From the IMG/VR virus record IMGVR_UViG_3300005326_000706, positions 1 to 42,551 of that record: a stretch of 42,551 nucleotides of DNA, one strand, 5' to 3'. This document shows positions 9,450 through 16,955 of this stretch, in pieces; the first letter of the stretch is position 1, and each line of letters opens with the position of its first letter. Under the pieces are notes generated by a model. It did not search any database, had not been told where the DNA came from, and saw only the letters and a list, made by a program, of their open reading frames with translations. The position numbers were made by a program, and so were the translations under genes. Source of the stretch: a virus. Its lineage: Duplodnaviria > Caudoviricetes.

Positions 9450-10217
9450 ATGCATTGCCCCAAGATGCACGCAACCATGACCGTTTCGCGCTGCATTGCC
9501 AACCGGCTGGCGAAGGCGGGCCAAAACCGCCTGCATCCGGTCACTGCGCTCAAGTATCCCTGCTGCAAGGAGTGCCCGACGGGGGATGCCGCGGCGCGGG
9601 GCGAGCTTGACGATGCCGATGTTTTGGCGCTTCGAGCGGAGGCCGAAACGGGATTGAAACCCGCCCCCTCGCGGGAGGCCCGGCACGCGGAGCGGACGAA
9701 AAGAAAGGATGAGGATGTGAAGTCGCTTACGGAAGAGACGCAGGAAATGGCCCCTGCCGTTGCGCAGGCTCAGACGGAGTCTCAGGACATTAAGCGGTGC
9801 ACAAAGTGCGGCGAGACAAAACCCCTCGAGGAGTTCCACCGGCAAAAAGATGGGCCGGATGGGCGTGAATCGATTTGCAAGGTGTGCAAGCGGGATCGGC
9901 AGAACGAGCACTACCGGAAAAACAAGGACGCGATCCTTTCGAAACGGCGCATCCGCCGGAGCGCGGCCGGGCGGGAGACGAAGGCCCGCACGAAACCGGC
10001 GGTGAAAGCGGCTGCCGTGAATCTTTCGCGGGAAGGAGCGGGTTTGAAATCGGGCGCGTTAGAGGGCCTTCGCCTCGTCGTGGATCTTAGCCTGTATCCC
10101 GAGATCTTTGAGGAGATCCGCCTGATCGCGGAATCAGAAGACAGAACGCCCGAGGCCCAGGTGAGGCACTGGCTGCGCAAAGGGAGCCTTGGTGAGAGGG
10201 AGGCTTGCCGTGGGTGA
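9450..10217 (+). CDS. Zinc-finger protein with C-terminal Arc/RHH-like domain
   Basis: 'KRCTKCGETKPLEEFH...CKVC' finger; 'LVVDLSLYPEIFEEIRLIAESEDRTPEAQVRHWL'. Confidence 0.7.
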   Translation: MHCPKMHATMTVSRCIANRLAKAGQNRLHPVTALKYPCCKECPTGDAAARGELDDADVLALRAEAETGLKPAPSREARHAERTKRKDEDVKSLTEETQEMAPAVAQAQTESQDIKRCTKCGETKPLEEFHRQKDGPDGRESICKVCKRDRQNEHYRKNKDAILSKRRIRRSAAGRETKARTKPAVKAAAVNLSREGAGLKSGALEGLRLVVDLSLYPEIFEEIRLIAESEDRTPEAQVRHWLRKGSLGEREACRG

Positions 10218-10554
10218 GTTGGAAAGATCCGAAAAGAGCCTGCTCCGGAATCTCGTTTTGGAGGGGCTCACCCATCTTTCGTGCCCCATGCAGGGGCAGG
10301 TGGCGAAGGCCATCGATACCGCTGTCGACCGGTTTAACGCGCTTTCGGCCCGGCATCGGGCGACGAAGAAGTGCGGCCTGTGCGGAGAAAGATCCGTAAG
10401 GGGGGAGTACCGCCAGGGCAGGAGGATGTGGGTCTGCGATAAGTGCTGCGGCCGCGAGAGTGCGGGAGTGCAGGCTTCGGGAAAAAATTGCACGCAATCC
10501 AAGAAAAAACGGTGTGAAGAGGGCAAGCGGGCGGTCGATCCGGCCAAGGTATGA
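10210..10554 (+). CDS. Hypothetical zinc-finger protein
   Basis: CGLC...CDKCC; GGGAGG RBS before GTG. Confidence 0.55.
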   Translation: MGELERSEKSLLRNLVLEGLTHLSCPMQGQVAKAIDTAVDRFNALSARHRATKKCGLCGERSVRGEYRQGRRMWVCDKCCGRESAGVQASGKNCTQSKKKRCEEGKRAVDPAKV

Positions 10555-10670
10555 GCCGCCCTCCTGCCCTGGAAGCGGGGTTAAGAGACCCGGGTCCACC
10601 CGTCTCTCTACCCCAAGTGAGGATAAGAGCGCAACACGGGACAAGGCACAAAAATGCGAAGGAGAGAGAG

Positions 10671-11057
10671 ATGGGTAGAACCGGCATTTGCAGGGCGTGC
10701 GGGGATGGGAAAGAAAAGCCCATCAAGGGACGAGGATTGTGTTCGCATCACTACAGGCTCGAGCGGGAACAGGAGTTGATTGCTGGATGTGCCCCCGCCG
10801 GGAAGACGGAACTCATGGTGACAATCGATTTCAGCCTCGCTCCCCACCTGCTCCAGGGGCTTGAGCTCCGGGCAGGAGATGAGCTCAGGCCTCTTGGAAA
10901 TCAAATCCTCTGGGAGCTCAAACAGGCTGAAAAGCTCGCCGCTGAGCCCGTGACACTCCCCATGGCGAGCCTCGAGGAAAGGCGCTGCCCGTGCGCTGAG
11001 GAGCGGGAGACGAAGCCGGTTGCCGTGCCGGTGGCGGAGCTGGGGGGCGAAGCATGA
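10671..11057 (+). CDS. Zinc-finger plus Arc/RHH-like protein
   Basis: 'CRAC...GRGLCSHHY'; 'VTIDFSLAPHLLQGLELRAGDELRPLGNQILWEL'; AAGGAG RBS. Confidence 0.65.
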   Translation: MGRTGICRACGDGKEKPIKGRGLCSHHYRLEREQELIAGCAPAGKTELMVTIDFSLAPHLLQGLELRAGDELRPLGNQILWELKQAEKLAAEPVTLPMASLEERRCPCAEERETKPVAVPVAELGGEA

Positions 11058-11578
11058 GCAAGCGGGCGAGGGAAACAGCCGAGATTGTTGACGTGCCTCA
11101 AAGCAGGTCTCAGGTCGTTGACGACATCCGTGAGATCGGGCGTCTGCAACGGGATATCAAGCGGCTGGATTTGGCCAAGGCTGAGGCTATTTCGGCCATT
11201 GAAGAGCGGTATGCCACGGAGTCCGGGCCACTCAAGGAGGCTAAGGCAGCCAAGACACATGGCGTCCGTCTCTGGTGCGAGGTCAACCGAAACGATTTGA
11301 CGCAGGGCGGAAAGGTCAAGACGGGCAGATTCGAGACCGGCGAAGTGCGCTGGAGAATGGACCCGCCCAGCGTGACCGTCAAAGGAACGCCGGCCGTCCT
11401 GGACCAACTCCACCGGCTGGGGCTCGAACGGTTCATCCGGGTGAACGAGGCGGTGAACAGAGAGGCCGTCCTGGAAGACCCTGCTGCGGTGCGAGCCATC
11501 AAAGGACTCTCGATTACACAGGACGAAAAGTTCGAGGTCATCCCGTTCGAGGCCGAGCCCGAGAAGGCCGCGGTCTAG
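11054..11578 (+). CDS. gam: Mu Gam-like host-nuclease inhibitor
   Basis: 'WCEVNRNDLT.GGKVKT..FETGEVRWR..PPSV' and 'IKGLSI.Q.EKF.V.PFE' match Gam. Confidence 0.92.
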   Translation: MSKRARETAEIVDVPQSRSQVVDDIREIGRLQRDIKRLDLAKAEAISAIEERYATESGPLKEAKAAKTHGVRLWCEVNRNDLTQGGKVKTGRFETGEVRWRMDPPSVTVKGTPAVLDQLHRLGLERFIRVNEAVNREAVLEDPAAVRAIKGLSITQDEKFEVIPFEAEPEKAAV

Positions 11579-11605
11579 GCCGCCCACAGATAAGGAGAAA
11601 TCACC

Positions 11606-12010
11606 ATGTCAGCCGGAATCATCGAACAGGTAAGCCTTTCAAACCTCGGGCACGGCGCCGCGGTCGAGATCTTCGATCATGAGCTTATCCGCGTGCTTGA
11701 AAACATCCAGGACCCAAACACCAAGCCCGACGCAGTTAGGGAGATCACCTTAAAGGTCAAGATCAAGCCGGACAAGGCCCGGGATTTCGGCATCGTCGAA
11801 GCCCAGGTCGTAAGCAAGCTCGCTCCGGTAAATCCTTTCACAACCCGTCTTTTTATCGGTCACGACGGGGAAAAGCCGACGTGTCAGGAACACGATCCCC
11901 ATCAGCTCACGGTAAAGGGAGCCATCGAGCAGGCCAGGGCCGGGAGCGATGAGGAGGACGGCAATGTGACATCCATAGACAAGGCGCGCGGCGCCAGGAA
12001 GGGAGAATAA
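11606..12010 (+). CDS. Conserved phage protein (often annotated 'replication terminator protein')
   Basis: 'GAAVE.FD.EL.RVLENIQDPNT.....REITLKVKIKP...R'; AAGGAG RBS. Confidence 0.75.
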   Translation: MSAGIIEQVSLSNLGHGAAVEIFDHELIRVLENIQDPNTKPDAVREITLKVKIKPDKARDFGIVEAQVVSKLAPVNPFTTRLFIGHDGEKPTCQEHDPHQLTVKGAIEQARAGSDEEDGNVTSIDKARGARKGE

Positions 12011-12013
12011 CCC

Positions 12014-12726
12014 ATGATAAAGGCAGCCATCCAGTACATCGCCACTCTCGCCCGCCCGGAAACCGTTGAGATCGGGGATCTTACCTACAGCACAGGGCAG
12101 CGCTCATGAAGCCGCCCGCTCCGGCGCCGCTCGTCATGCACACTCTCACGGGCCTTGTGGACTATGTCAAAAGCGGCCTCGATGAGGGGGTGAATCCTGA
12201 GGACCTTGCCGTTCACGTGGTGGGACACGACCGGGTGGAGCTCGTATCCCGCCTCGACCGGGACACACAGACGAGAAGGACCTTTGCCCAGGTGCGGCTT
12301 CCGGAATTCGAGGAGTTCAAATACAGTTATTTCCACGATGTCGAGGCCTTCGTTATCCGGCTCCAGATGGGATTTGTGCAGGATGAGACCACAGCAGAGC
12401 TGCTGCGCCTGGTCGGAAACATAAGGGATGAGACCGTATCCAACACGGCGGACGACGGCGTGAGCCAGACGGTTACGGTCAAGGCCGGAGCGCACCTCGT
12501 TACGAACAAAAAAGTCCCGAACCCCGTTCACCTTCGCCCCTGGCGGACGTTTAGAGAGATCGAGCAGCCGCAGTCGGCCTTCGTCTTCAGGCTCCGGAAG
12601 GGAGATCCCCTGCCCGGCTGCGCGCTCTTTGCATCCGACGGCGATATGTGGCGCCTCACCGCCATAGAGAGCATCCGGCACTGGATCAATGAGCAGCTGG
12701 ACGGCCAGGTGCACGTGATCGCGTAA
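12014..12726 (+). pseudogene. Conserved phage partner protein, apparently split by a frameshift near 12095-12109
   Basis: 31-aa ORF MIKAAIQYIATLARPETVEIGDLTYST (12014-12109) followed in another frame by 12106-12726 (TLTGLVDY, DDGVSQ, VPNPVHLRPWRTFREIEQP, ALF.SDG). Confidence 0.65.
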
Positions 12727-12778
12727 GGGAGGATGGGCGGGGCACGGGCGACCGTGCCCCGCTTTGGAGGGGAGATGC

Positions 12779-13186
12779 ATGAGTAAACAGATGAGAGCCA
12801 TCCGGAGGGAGCTCAAGCGGGAAAACCGCAAATGGCCGGCGGCGTTGACGCCGGTTCCGGTCGACCAGTGGCCGGATGGGGCACCCGATGGGCTGGTCGC
12901 CGTTTTGAGATCGCGGCGCTTTCTGGTGCAGCAGTACGCGGAAGGAGGCGGGCTTATCCGGCTTACCGTCTGCCGCACGCACGTTCGGACAGACGGGGAT
13001 TATAAATCCGGCATCACCTGGGAGGACCTCCAGCAGCTGAAACGCGAGGCCGGATTCGGGGATTTTGACGCCGTAGAGATCTTCCCGAGGGACCGCGATT
13101 TGGTCGATTGCGCCAACATGCGGCACCTTTGGGTCTTCATGCGGCCGATCTCCTTTATCTGGCGGGCGACGGAGGGAAAGCTATGA
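12779..13186 (+). CDS. Conserved phage hypothetical protein
   Basis: 'GITWEDLQQLKREAGFGD..AVEIFP...DLVD.ANMRHLW' phage motif; GGAGG RBS. Confidence 0.75.
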   Translation: MSKQMRAIRRELKRENRKWPAALTPVPVDQWPDGAPDGLVAVLRSRRFLVQQYAEGGGLIRLTVCRTHVRTDGDYKSGITWEDLQQLKREAGFGDFDAVEIFPRDRDLVDCANMRHLWVFMRPISFIWRATEGKL

Positions 13187-13395
13187 GCTGTCGAAATTGC
13201 GGTGAGACGGTTGAGGTGTGCGGCGAAATCAGGAGGGAGACGGCATCTGCCTATCTCCTCTTTGACGGCGCGCGCGAGGGGTGGATACCCAAGTCCCTCA
13301 TCGAGGTCGAACGAACGGCGGGAGGCCGCGGGCCGGATCTTCCCGTAACTGTATCGATGCCCGAGTGGCTGGCTATTGCGAAGGGGTTCGCGTGA
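13183..13395 (+). CDS. Small phage hypothetical protein
   Basis: 'ET..AYL.FDG....WIPKS.I......MPEWLA..KG' common phage motif. Confidence 0.75.
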   Translation: MSCRNCGETVEVCGEIRRETASAYLLFDGAREGWIPKSLIEVERTAGGRGPDLPVTVSMPEWLAIAKGFA

Positions 13396-14084
13396 GCCCG
13401 ATTCCGTGTCAGTGTCCGGCCTGCGGTTTTTGCGGGGAGCTTGAAGCGTTTTTCGATCCCGTGGACTGGAAACGCGTCCTGGTGCTCAGGGATGAGCTCC
13501 CTGCTCTCGTTCAGCCTAATCTGTGGGAGTATCTGGCCCTCTTCCGGCCTGACAAAAGGGCGCTCACGGGCAAGCGGACGCTCAAGATCCTTACCGAGCT
13601 GCGCGACCTCACCACGACGGGCCGCGTGCGCTGGGAGAGATCGGAAGAGCGGCCGTGTCCTCCGGATGTCTGGGCCGAGGCCATGCGGGCGGCCATCGAG
13701 CGGGAGCCCCGGCTTGAGCACCTTACAGATCACAACTACATCCGGCACACGGCCTGGGGCAAGGCAAGACCCCTTGCCGCCAGGACCGAGCGGGACAATG
13801 AAGCGCGAAAGGTTTCGGATCGTGGCCGGCCTGTGCTCCCTCTCCCCGAGGGAGAGACCGGAAACCGGCTGCCGGGCCGGAGTGAGGGCGAATCCGAACC
13901 GCCTGCCACAGCCGAAGATATCCGCGCCCTGGCCGAGGCGCTGGGGAAGGCATTCGACGGAGGACCGAAGAAGAATTGCCATACATGCAAGGACTTTGAG
14001 CCGCCGCGTTGGTGCCGCCTTGATCCAAAGGCTGTGAAGCCGGTCAACCCTGCCGAGGCGTGCGGAAAACACCGGAAGAGGTGA
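13392..14084 (+). CDS. Mu-like conserved hypothetical protein with zinc ribbon; last gene of the early operon
   Basis: 'CQCPACG...YLALFRP.KRAL...L..HNY'; GTGA overlap. Confidence 0.7.
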   Translation: MSPIPCQCPACGFCGELEAFFDPVDWKRVLVLRDELPALVQPNLWEYLALFRPDKRALTGKRTLKILTELRDLTTTGRVRWERSEERPCPPDVWAEAMRAAIEREPRLEHLTDHNYIRHTAWGKARPLAARTERDNEARKVSDRGRPVLPLPEGETGNRLPGRSEGESEPPATAEDIRALAEALGKAFDGGPKKNCHTCKDFEPPRWCRLDPKAVKPVNPAEACGKHRKR

Positions 14085-14171
14085 TGTGACAATCTTAACG
14101 GATAGATCGGATGTAAACGTTCACGGGTACATCTGGAACGCGCCGAAATCGTTGTGATAATGGCGTGTAGC

Positions 14172-14190
14172 CGTATAAATCTTGTTGGAT
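14172..14190 (+). other. attI-like recombination site (entry point of the cassette array)
   Basis: CGTATAA-ATCTT-GTTGGAT has the attI1 spacing (7-nt L box, 5 nt, GTTRRRY); GTTGGAT is the exact complement of ATCCAAC in the next attC. Confidence 0.5.
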
Positions 14191-14231
14191 GGAAAGCCCG
14201 GAAGTTTTTCATGACCCCCATCGAAAAGCCC

Positions 14232-14260
14232 TTGACTTTGTACGCACAAAGTTCTACTTT
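14232..14260 (+). promoter_or_regulatory. Cassette 1 sigma70 promoter with palindromic operator
   Basis: TTGACT-17bp-TACTTT; inverted repeat ACTTTGT-acgc-ACAAAGT overlapping the -35 box and spacer. Confidence 0.7.
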
Positions 14261-14326
14261 GTTCTCAACACGGTGAGGGAACGGCCCGAACCGGAAAATG
14301 GGAACCGAGCGAAGTTGGAGGGTGTC

Positions 14327-14548
14327 ATGAAGATCACGGTTGAACACACAACATACGAAGGATCACCGCTTGCCCAGTTATGCCCCCACATGGCTGACCA
14401 ACCCGTCAGCATCTATCGGCTGTACGATGACAAAGGCGAATTCGTAACTCAAAGTGAAACCCTTGAAGGCATCCTTTCTGACGGCCTTGGGATTAAGATT
14501 ATTCCTCACCAAACTGATGACCCGAAACAGGGTTGGGATTTCGTGTAG
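14327..14548 (+). CDS. Cassette 1 gene A, 73-aa unknown protein
   Basis: GGAGGG RBS before ATG at 14327, downstream of the promoter. Confidence 0.7.
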   Translation: MKITVEHTTYEGSPLAQLCPHMADQPVSIYRLYDDKGEFVTQSETLEGILSDGLGIKIIPHQTDDPKQGWDFV

Positions 14549-14719
14549 ATGAGACGTGAAATCAAATCCCACAAGGGAGGACGCACGGAGAGAATTTATC
14601 TCCGTGCTACTCCCGAAATCAGGCAGAGAGTAAATGAGCTGGCAAAGCAAAAAGGTTGTAGCGTCGCTGACTTATTCGAAGAGTGGGTGAAGGAAAAGAC
14701 TGATCCAACAAAACGTTGA
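14549..14719 (+). CDS. Cassette 1 gene B, 56-aa ribbon-helix-helix protein (absent from the ORF track)
   Basis: Hand translation MRREIKSHKGGRTERIYLRATPEIRQRVNELAKQKGCSVADLFEEWVKEKTDPTKR; RHH pattern; abuts gene A; ends inside attC. Confidence 0.8.
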   Translation: MRREIKSHKGGRTERIYLRATPEIRQRVNELAKQKGCSVADLFEEWVKEKTDPTKR

Positions 14720-14809
14720 AGCGGACGGCGAACCAGTGCTTGCATCACGGTCTGAGGTTTTCTCTCACACCCGTACTGGTTCGCGCCGCCGCTTAACTCT
14801 GTGTTAGAC
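14703..14809 (+). repeat. attC site 1 (107 bp)
   Basis: R'' ATCCAAC; GTTgAAGCGG pairs with CCGCTTAAC leaving an extrahelical G; AACCAGT/ACTGGTT stem; R' GTTAGAC. Confidence 0.9.
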
Positions 14810-14812
14810 GGC

Positions 14813-14839
14813 TGAGCCCCGGTGTTTGGCCGGGGCTCA
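14813..14839. terminator. Hairpin terminator after the cassette 2 operon
   Basis: TGAGCCCCGG-7nt-CCGGGGCTCA perfect 10-bp stem just past the minus-strand stop. Confidence 0.55.
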
Positions 14840-14845
14840 AGGGGA

Positions 14846-15145
14846 TCAGGCTAGGTATGCGTGGAGTGCTTGCAACAGGAGATCGCGGAGTGAGACTTTG
14901 TCATCCACGGCGCGGTGCTGTGCCTTGGTCCAGATCTCTTCCGGGATGTCACGGAGGAGGTAATTGCCGGAAGAATGTGTCTTCCGAAAAATGCGTTTGG
15001 CAATGTGCATCACATTCACTGGTTTGTTCTCGGCGTGCAATCGCTTTATCTCCGCCTGTACATCTGGGTCACACTGGGAGCAGATCGCAGCTCCCCCCAT
15101 CAAGATATGAGCTTTCGGACTTCCACATGCATCACAGAGCTTCAT
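14846..15145 (-). CDS. Cassette 2 gene B, zinc finger plus RHH
   Basis: CDAC..CSQC, then 'NYLLRDIPEEIWTKAQHRAVDDKVSLRDLLLQAL'; ATGA overlap with gene A. Confidence 0.8.
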   Translation of the reverse strand: MKLCDACGSPKAHILMGGAAICSQCDPDVQAEIKRLHAENKPVNVMHIAKRIFRKTHSSGNYLLRDIPEEIWTKAQHRAVDDKVSLRDLLLQALHAYLA

Positions 15146-15792
15146 CTGCTGACTCCTCTCTCAATTTCTTCGGCTTCGCGGATAAATTCATCGTGGCGCT
15201 TCTTCTGCTCTTCCCGACTGATCCAGCCGTCTGCATCGTAGGTGAGAGCCCCAACCGCTTTCGACCGGAGATCGGCGGCTTTGGTGAGTGCGTTGCTACG
15301 ATCTTCGGCTTTCGCCGCCTCGGAATATTTCTCTCGCCATGCCACCATTCTTTCTCTGGCTTCGGCTCGGAGTTGAGCCGGAATCATCACGTTGTCGTCA
15401 GTGGTGCCGCGCTCGATCCTGTACGCCTCTTCATACAGGGCTTCGATTGCATTGCGTTCGCGGTTTGCGGGCAAGTTCGCTATCCGGTCACACTCGGCTC
15501 GATACTCGTTTTCGAGCCGAGTGGCCGCTGTATAGATGGCTTCGGCGACTACGGTGGGAGCAACCAGGTCCGACTTGCCGAAGCGGGCGAGCACTCGGAG
15601 GTCGGCCGGGTTCTGACCGCTCTTGCGGATCATGGCCACCGTATCTTTTTGGATTTTAGCGTCCAGGATGAGGGCGCTCATTGGGATGGTCGGGAGGTCT
15701 TTTTTGGCAACATGCGAGTGGATTATCACGCGGCCCGGCTGCCAAGTTGCTTCCCTCTTATCGTCGCTGTAAATCTTTTGGGGCTCTCTCAT
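15142..15792 (-). CDS. Cassette 2 gene A, 216-aa unknown helical protein
   Basis: AAGGAG RBS; lies between the promoter and the RHH gene. Confidence 0.75.
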   Translation of the reverse strand: MREPQKIYSDDKREATWQPGRVIIHSHVAKKDLPTIPMSALILDAKIQKDTVAMIRKSGQNPADLRVLARFGKSDLVAPTVVAEAIYTAATRLENEYRAECDRIANLPANRERNAIEALYEEAYRIERGTTDDNVMIPAQLRAEARERMVAWREKYSEAAKAEDRSNALTKAADLRSKAVGALTYDADGWISREEQKKRHDEFIREAEEIERGVSR

Positions 15793-15836
15793 TACCTTCT
15801 CCTTCCGAGTTTGGGGTTGCTGTCGATGTTGGATAT

Positions 15837-15865
15837 AATGTATATCATGATAATCATGATGTCAA
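15837..15865 (-). promoter_or_regulatory. Cassette 2 sigma70 promoter with palindromic operator
   Basis: Minus strand TTGACA-17bp-TACATT; spacer filled by ATCATGAT-t-ATCATGAT. Confidence 0.8.
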
Positions 15866-15914
15866 GAACGAAATGAGAGAAAATGAAGGGCTTTGGAAAA
15901 AACTTAGGGTGAGC

Positions 15915-15998
15915 GTCTAACCAAGGGATGAAGGCGGACCCGAACCACGCCGGACAAATTTGGTGGTGCTGTCCGGAAGCTTATCGGCGGCGTAATGG
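15915..15998 (+). repeat. Degenerate attC site 2a
   Basis: R'' GTCTAAC is the exact complement of the cassette start GTTAGAC; GATgAAG/CTTATC L boxes; R' reads GTAATGG instead of GTT. Confidence 0.6.
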
Positions 15999-16090
15999 CC
16001 TAACCCAGGGCTGCAAGCGACGGCGGCCAGCAAGGAAGTCGGTTCGGGTGAGGCCGAGAAGGCCGCCGCGCCTGAGCCCCATCGTTAGAT
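15998..16090 (+). repeat. attC site 2b (93 bp)
   Basis: R'' GCCTAAC; GGGCT/AGCCC and CGGCGGCC/GGCCGCCG stems; R' GTTAGAT. Confidence 0.88.
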
Positions 16091-16114
16091 GAACGTACAG
16101 CGAAGGAGGTCAGA

Positions 16115-16456
16115 ATGACAGCCATTGTAAGGTTCAAATGCGAAGTCTGCAGCAGAGAGTGGGATACTCAACCTTTCGTTTCTGACAAACTAGCCAACCG
16201 ATGGCTACAGGAACAGCGCCCACAATATTGCTGTGGGAATGCAGTCCAAGAAGAAGTGGTGACAATCCCAGCGGCACCCAGATTCATAAGCCGTGATATT
16301 GTCCCGGCAGATCTATCAAAAGAGAACAAGATCTACTCGCTGGAGGATATTGCTCCCCTAGATCAGGATTGCAAACTGGTGTGGTTGGATTCTAACAATG
16401 TCGCTGTTCTATGGCCGGGGTGTGATCATATTAGCCTGTATCAACGGGCATTCTAA
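16115..16456 (+). CDS. Cassette 3 gene, 113-aa unknown Cys-containing protein
   Basis: AAGGAGGT RBS just after R'; TAA stop inside the R'' of attC3, the classic promoterless cassette layout. Confidence 0.85.
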   Translation: MTAIVRFKCEVCSREWDTQPFVSDKLANRWLQEQRPQYCCGNAVQEEVVTIPAAPRFISRDIVPADLSKENKIYSLEDIAPLDQDCKLVWLDSNNVAVLWPGCDHISLYQRAF

Positions 16457-16538
16457 CCAGCAAAATGCAGCGGACGCACCTGTCATCGGTGCGTCTTCCG
16501 CATCAACCGAGCTGCGCCGCTGATTTTGGGCGTTAAAT
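16451..16538 (+). repeat. attC site 3 (88 bp)
   Basis: R'' TTCTAAC; AAAATgCAGCGG pairs with CCGCTGATTTT leaving an extrahelical G; GACGCACC/GGTGCGTC stem; R' GTTAAAT. Confidence 0.9.
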
Positions 16539-16772
16539 CGTCTTGCCACTCAGCAGGCCGAAGATAGCTCCAACCCCCAGCATCCATGTGGCTTGAAACT
16601 TATCGGAAAGATTGCAAAGCAGGGTGTTGGGTGCCGAGGGGTTATTGCAATAGGCGCAGACGCTGGCCCCGATCATTGAGACCACGGTGAGGAAAAGGAC
16701 AGAAAGGAATATCAGCTTGAATCCTGGGGAGATGTCGACCTGGACATCCCCCAGAGATGGCTTTCGGACCAT
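16533..16772 (-). CDS. Small two-TM membrane protein (cassette 4)
   Basis: Two hydrophobic helices; stop codon lies in the R' of attC3. Confidence 0.65.
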   Translation of the reverse strand: MVRKPSLGDVQVDISPGFKLIFLSVLFLTVVSMIGASVCAYCNNPSAPNTLLCNLSDKFQATWMLGVGAIFGLLSGKTI

Positions 16773-16775
16773 ATA

Positions 16776-16955
16776 TCAAACAGCCCGCTTTGTGTAAGTG
16801 ATAATGGTTCTTTTGAGCGGGTGTCTGATGCTTTCAGTAATGATTCTGGCTATGAGCCCAAGCAGCCCATCTTTCACTACCAGCTTGTCAGGCTGATGGT
16901 CTTTGGCTTTAGGTGATTTTGTGTCTGTTCTCCGGGTTTGAGATCCCTTTTTCAT
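16776..16955 (-). CDS. Small basic hypothetical protein (cassette 4)
   Basis: GGAGGG RBS before ATG at 16955; ends 3 bp before the membrane gene. Confidence 0.55.
   Translation of the reverse strand: MKKGSQTRRTDTKSPKAKDHQPDKLVVKDGLLGLIARIITESIRHPLKRTIITYTKRAV

Noticed and set aside
9790-9900. HNH homing endonuclease
   Set aside because: Only the zinc finger often found with HNH proteins is present; no HNH catalytic motif
13251-14347. Integron integrase on the minus strand upstream of the array
   Set aside because: Minus-strand ORFs here lack tyrosine-recombinase R-H-R-Y motifs and shadow a real plus-strand phage gene
14857-15876. 339-aa plus-strand ORF in cassette 2
   Set aside because: Opposite-strand genes have a promoter, RBS, translational coupling and an RHH motif; this ORF has none
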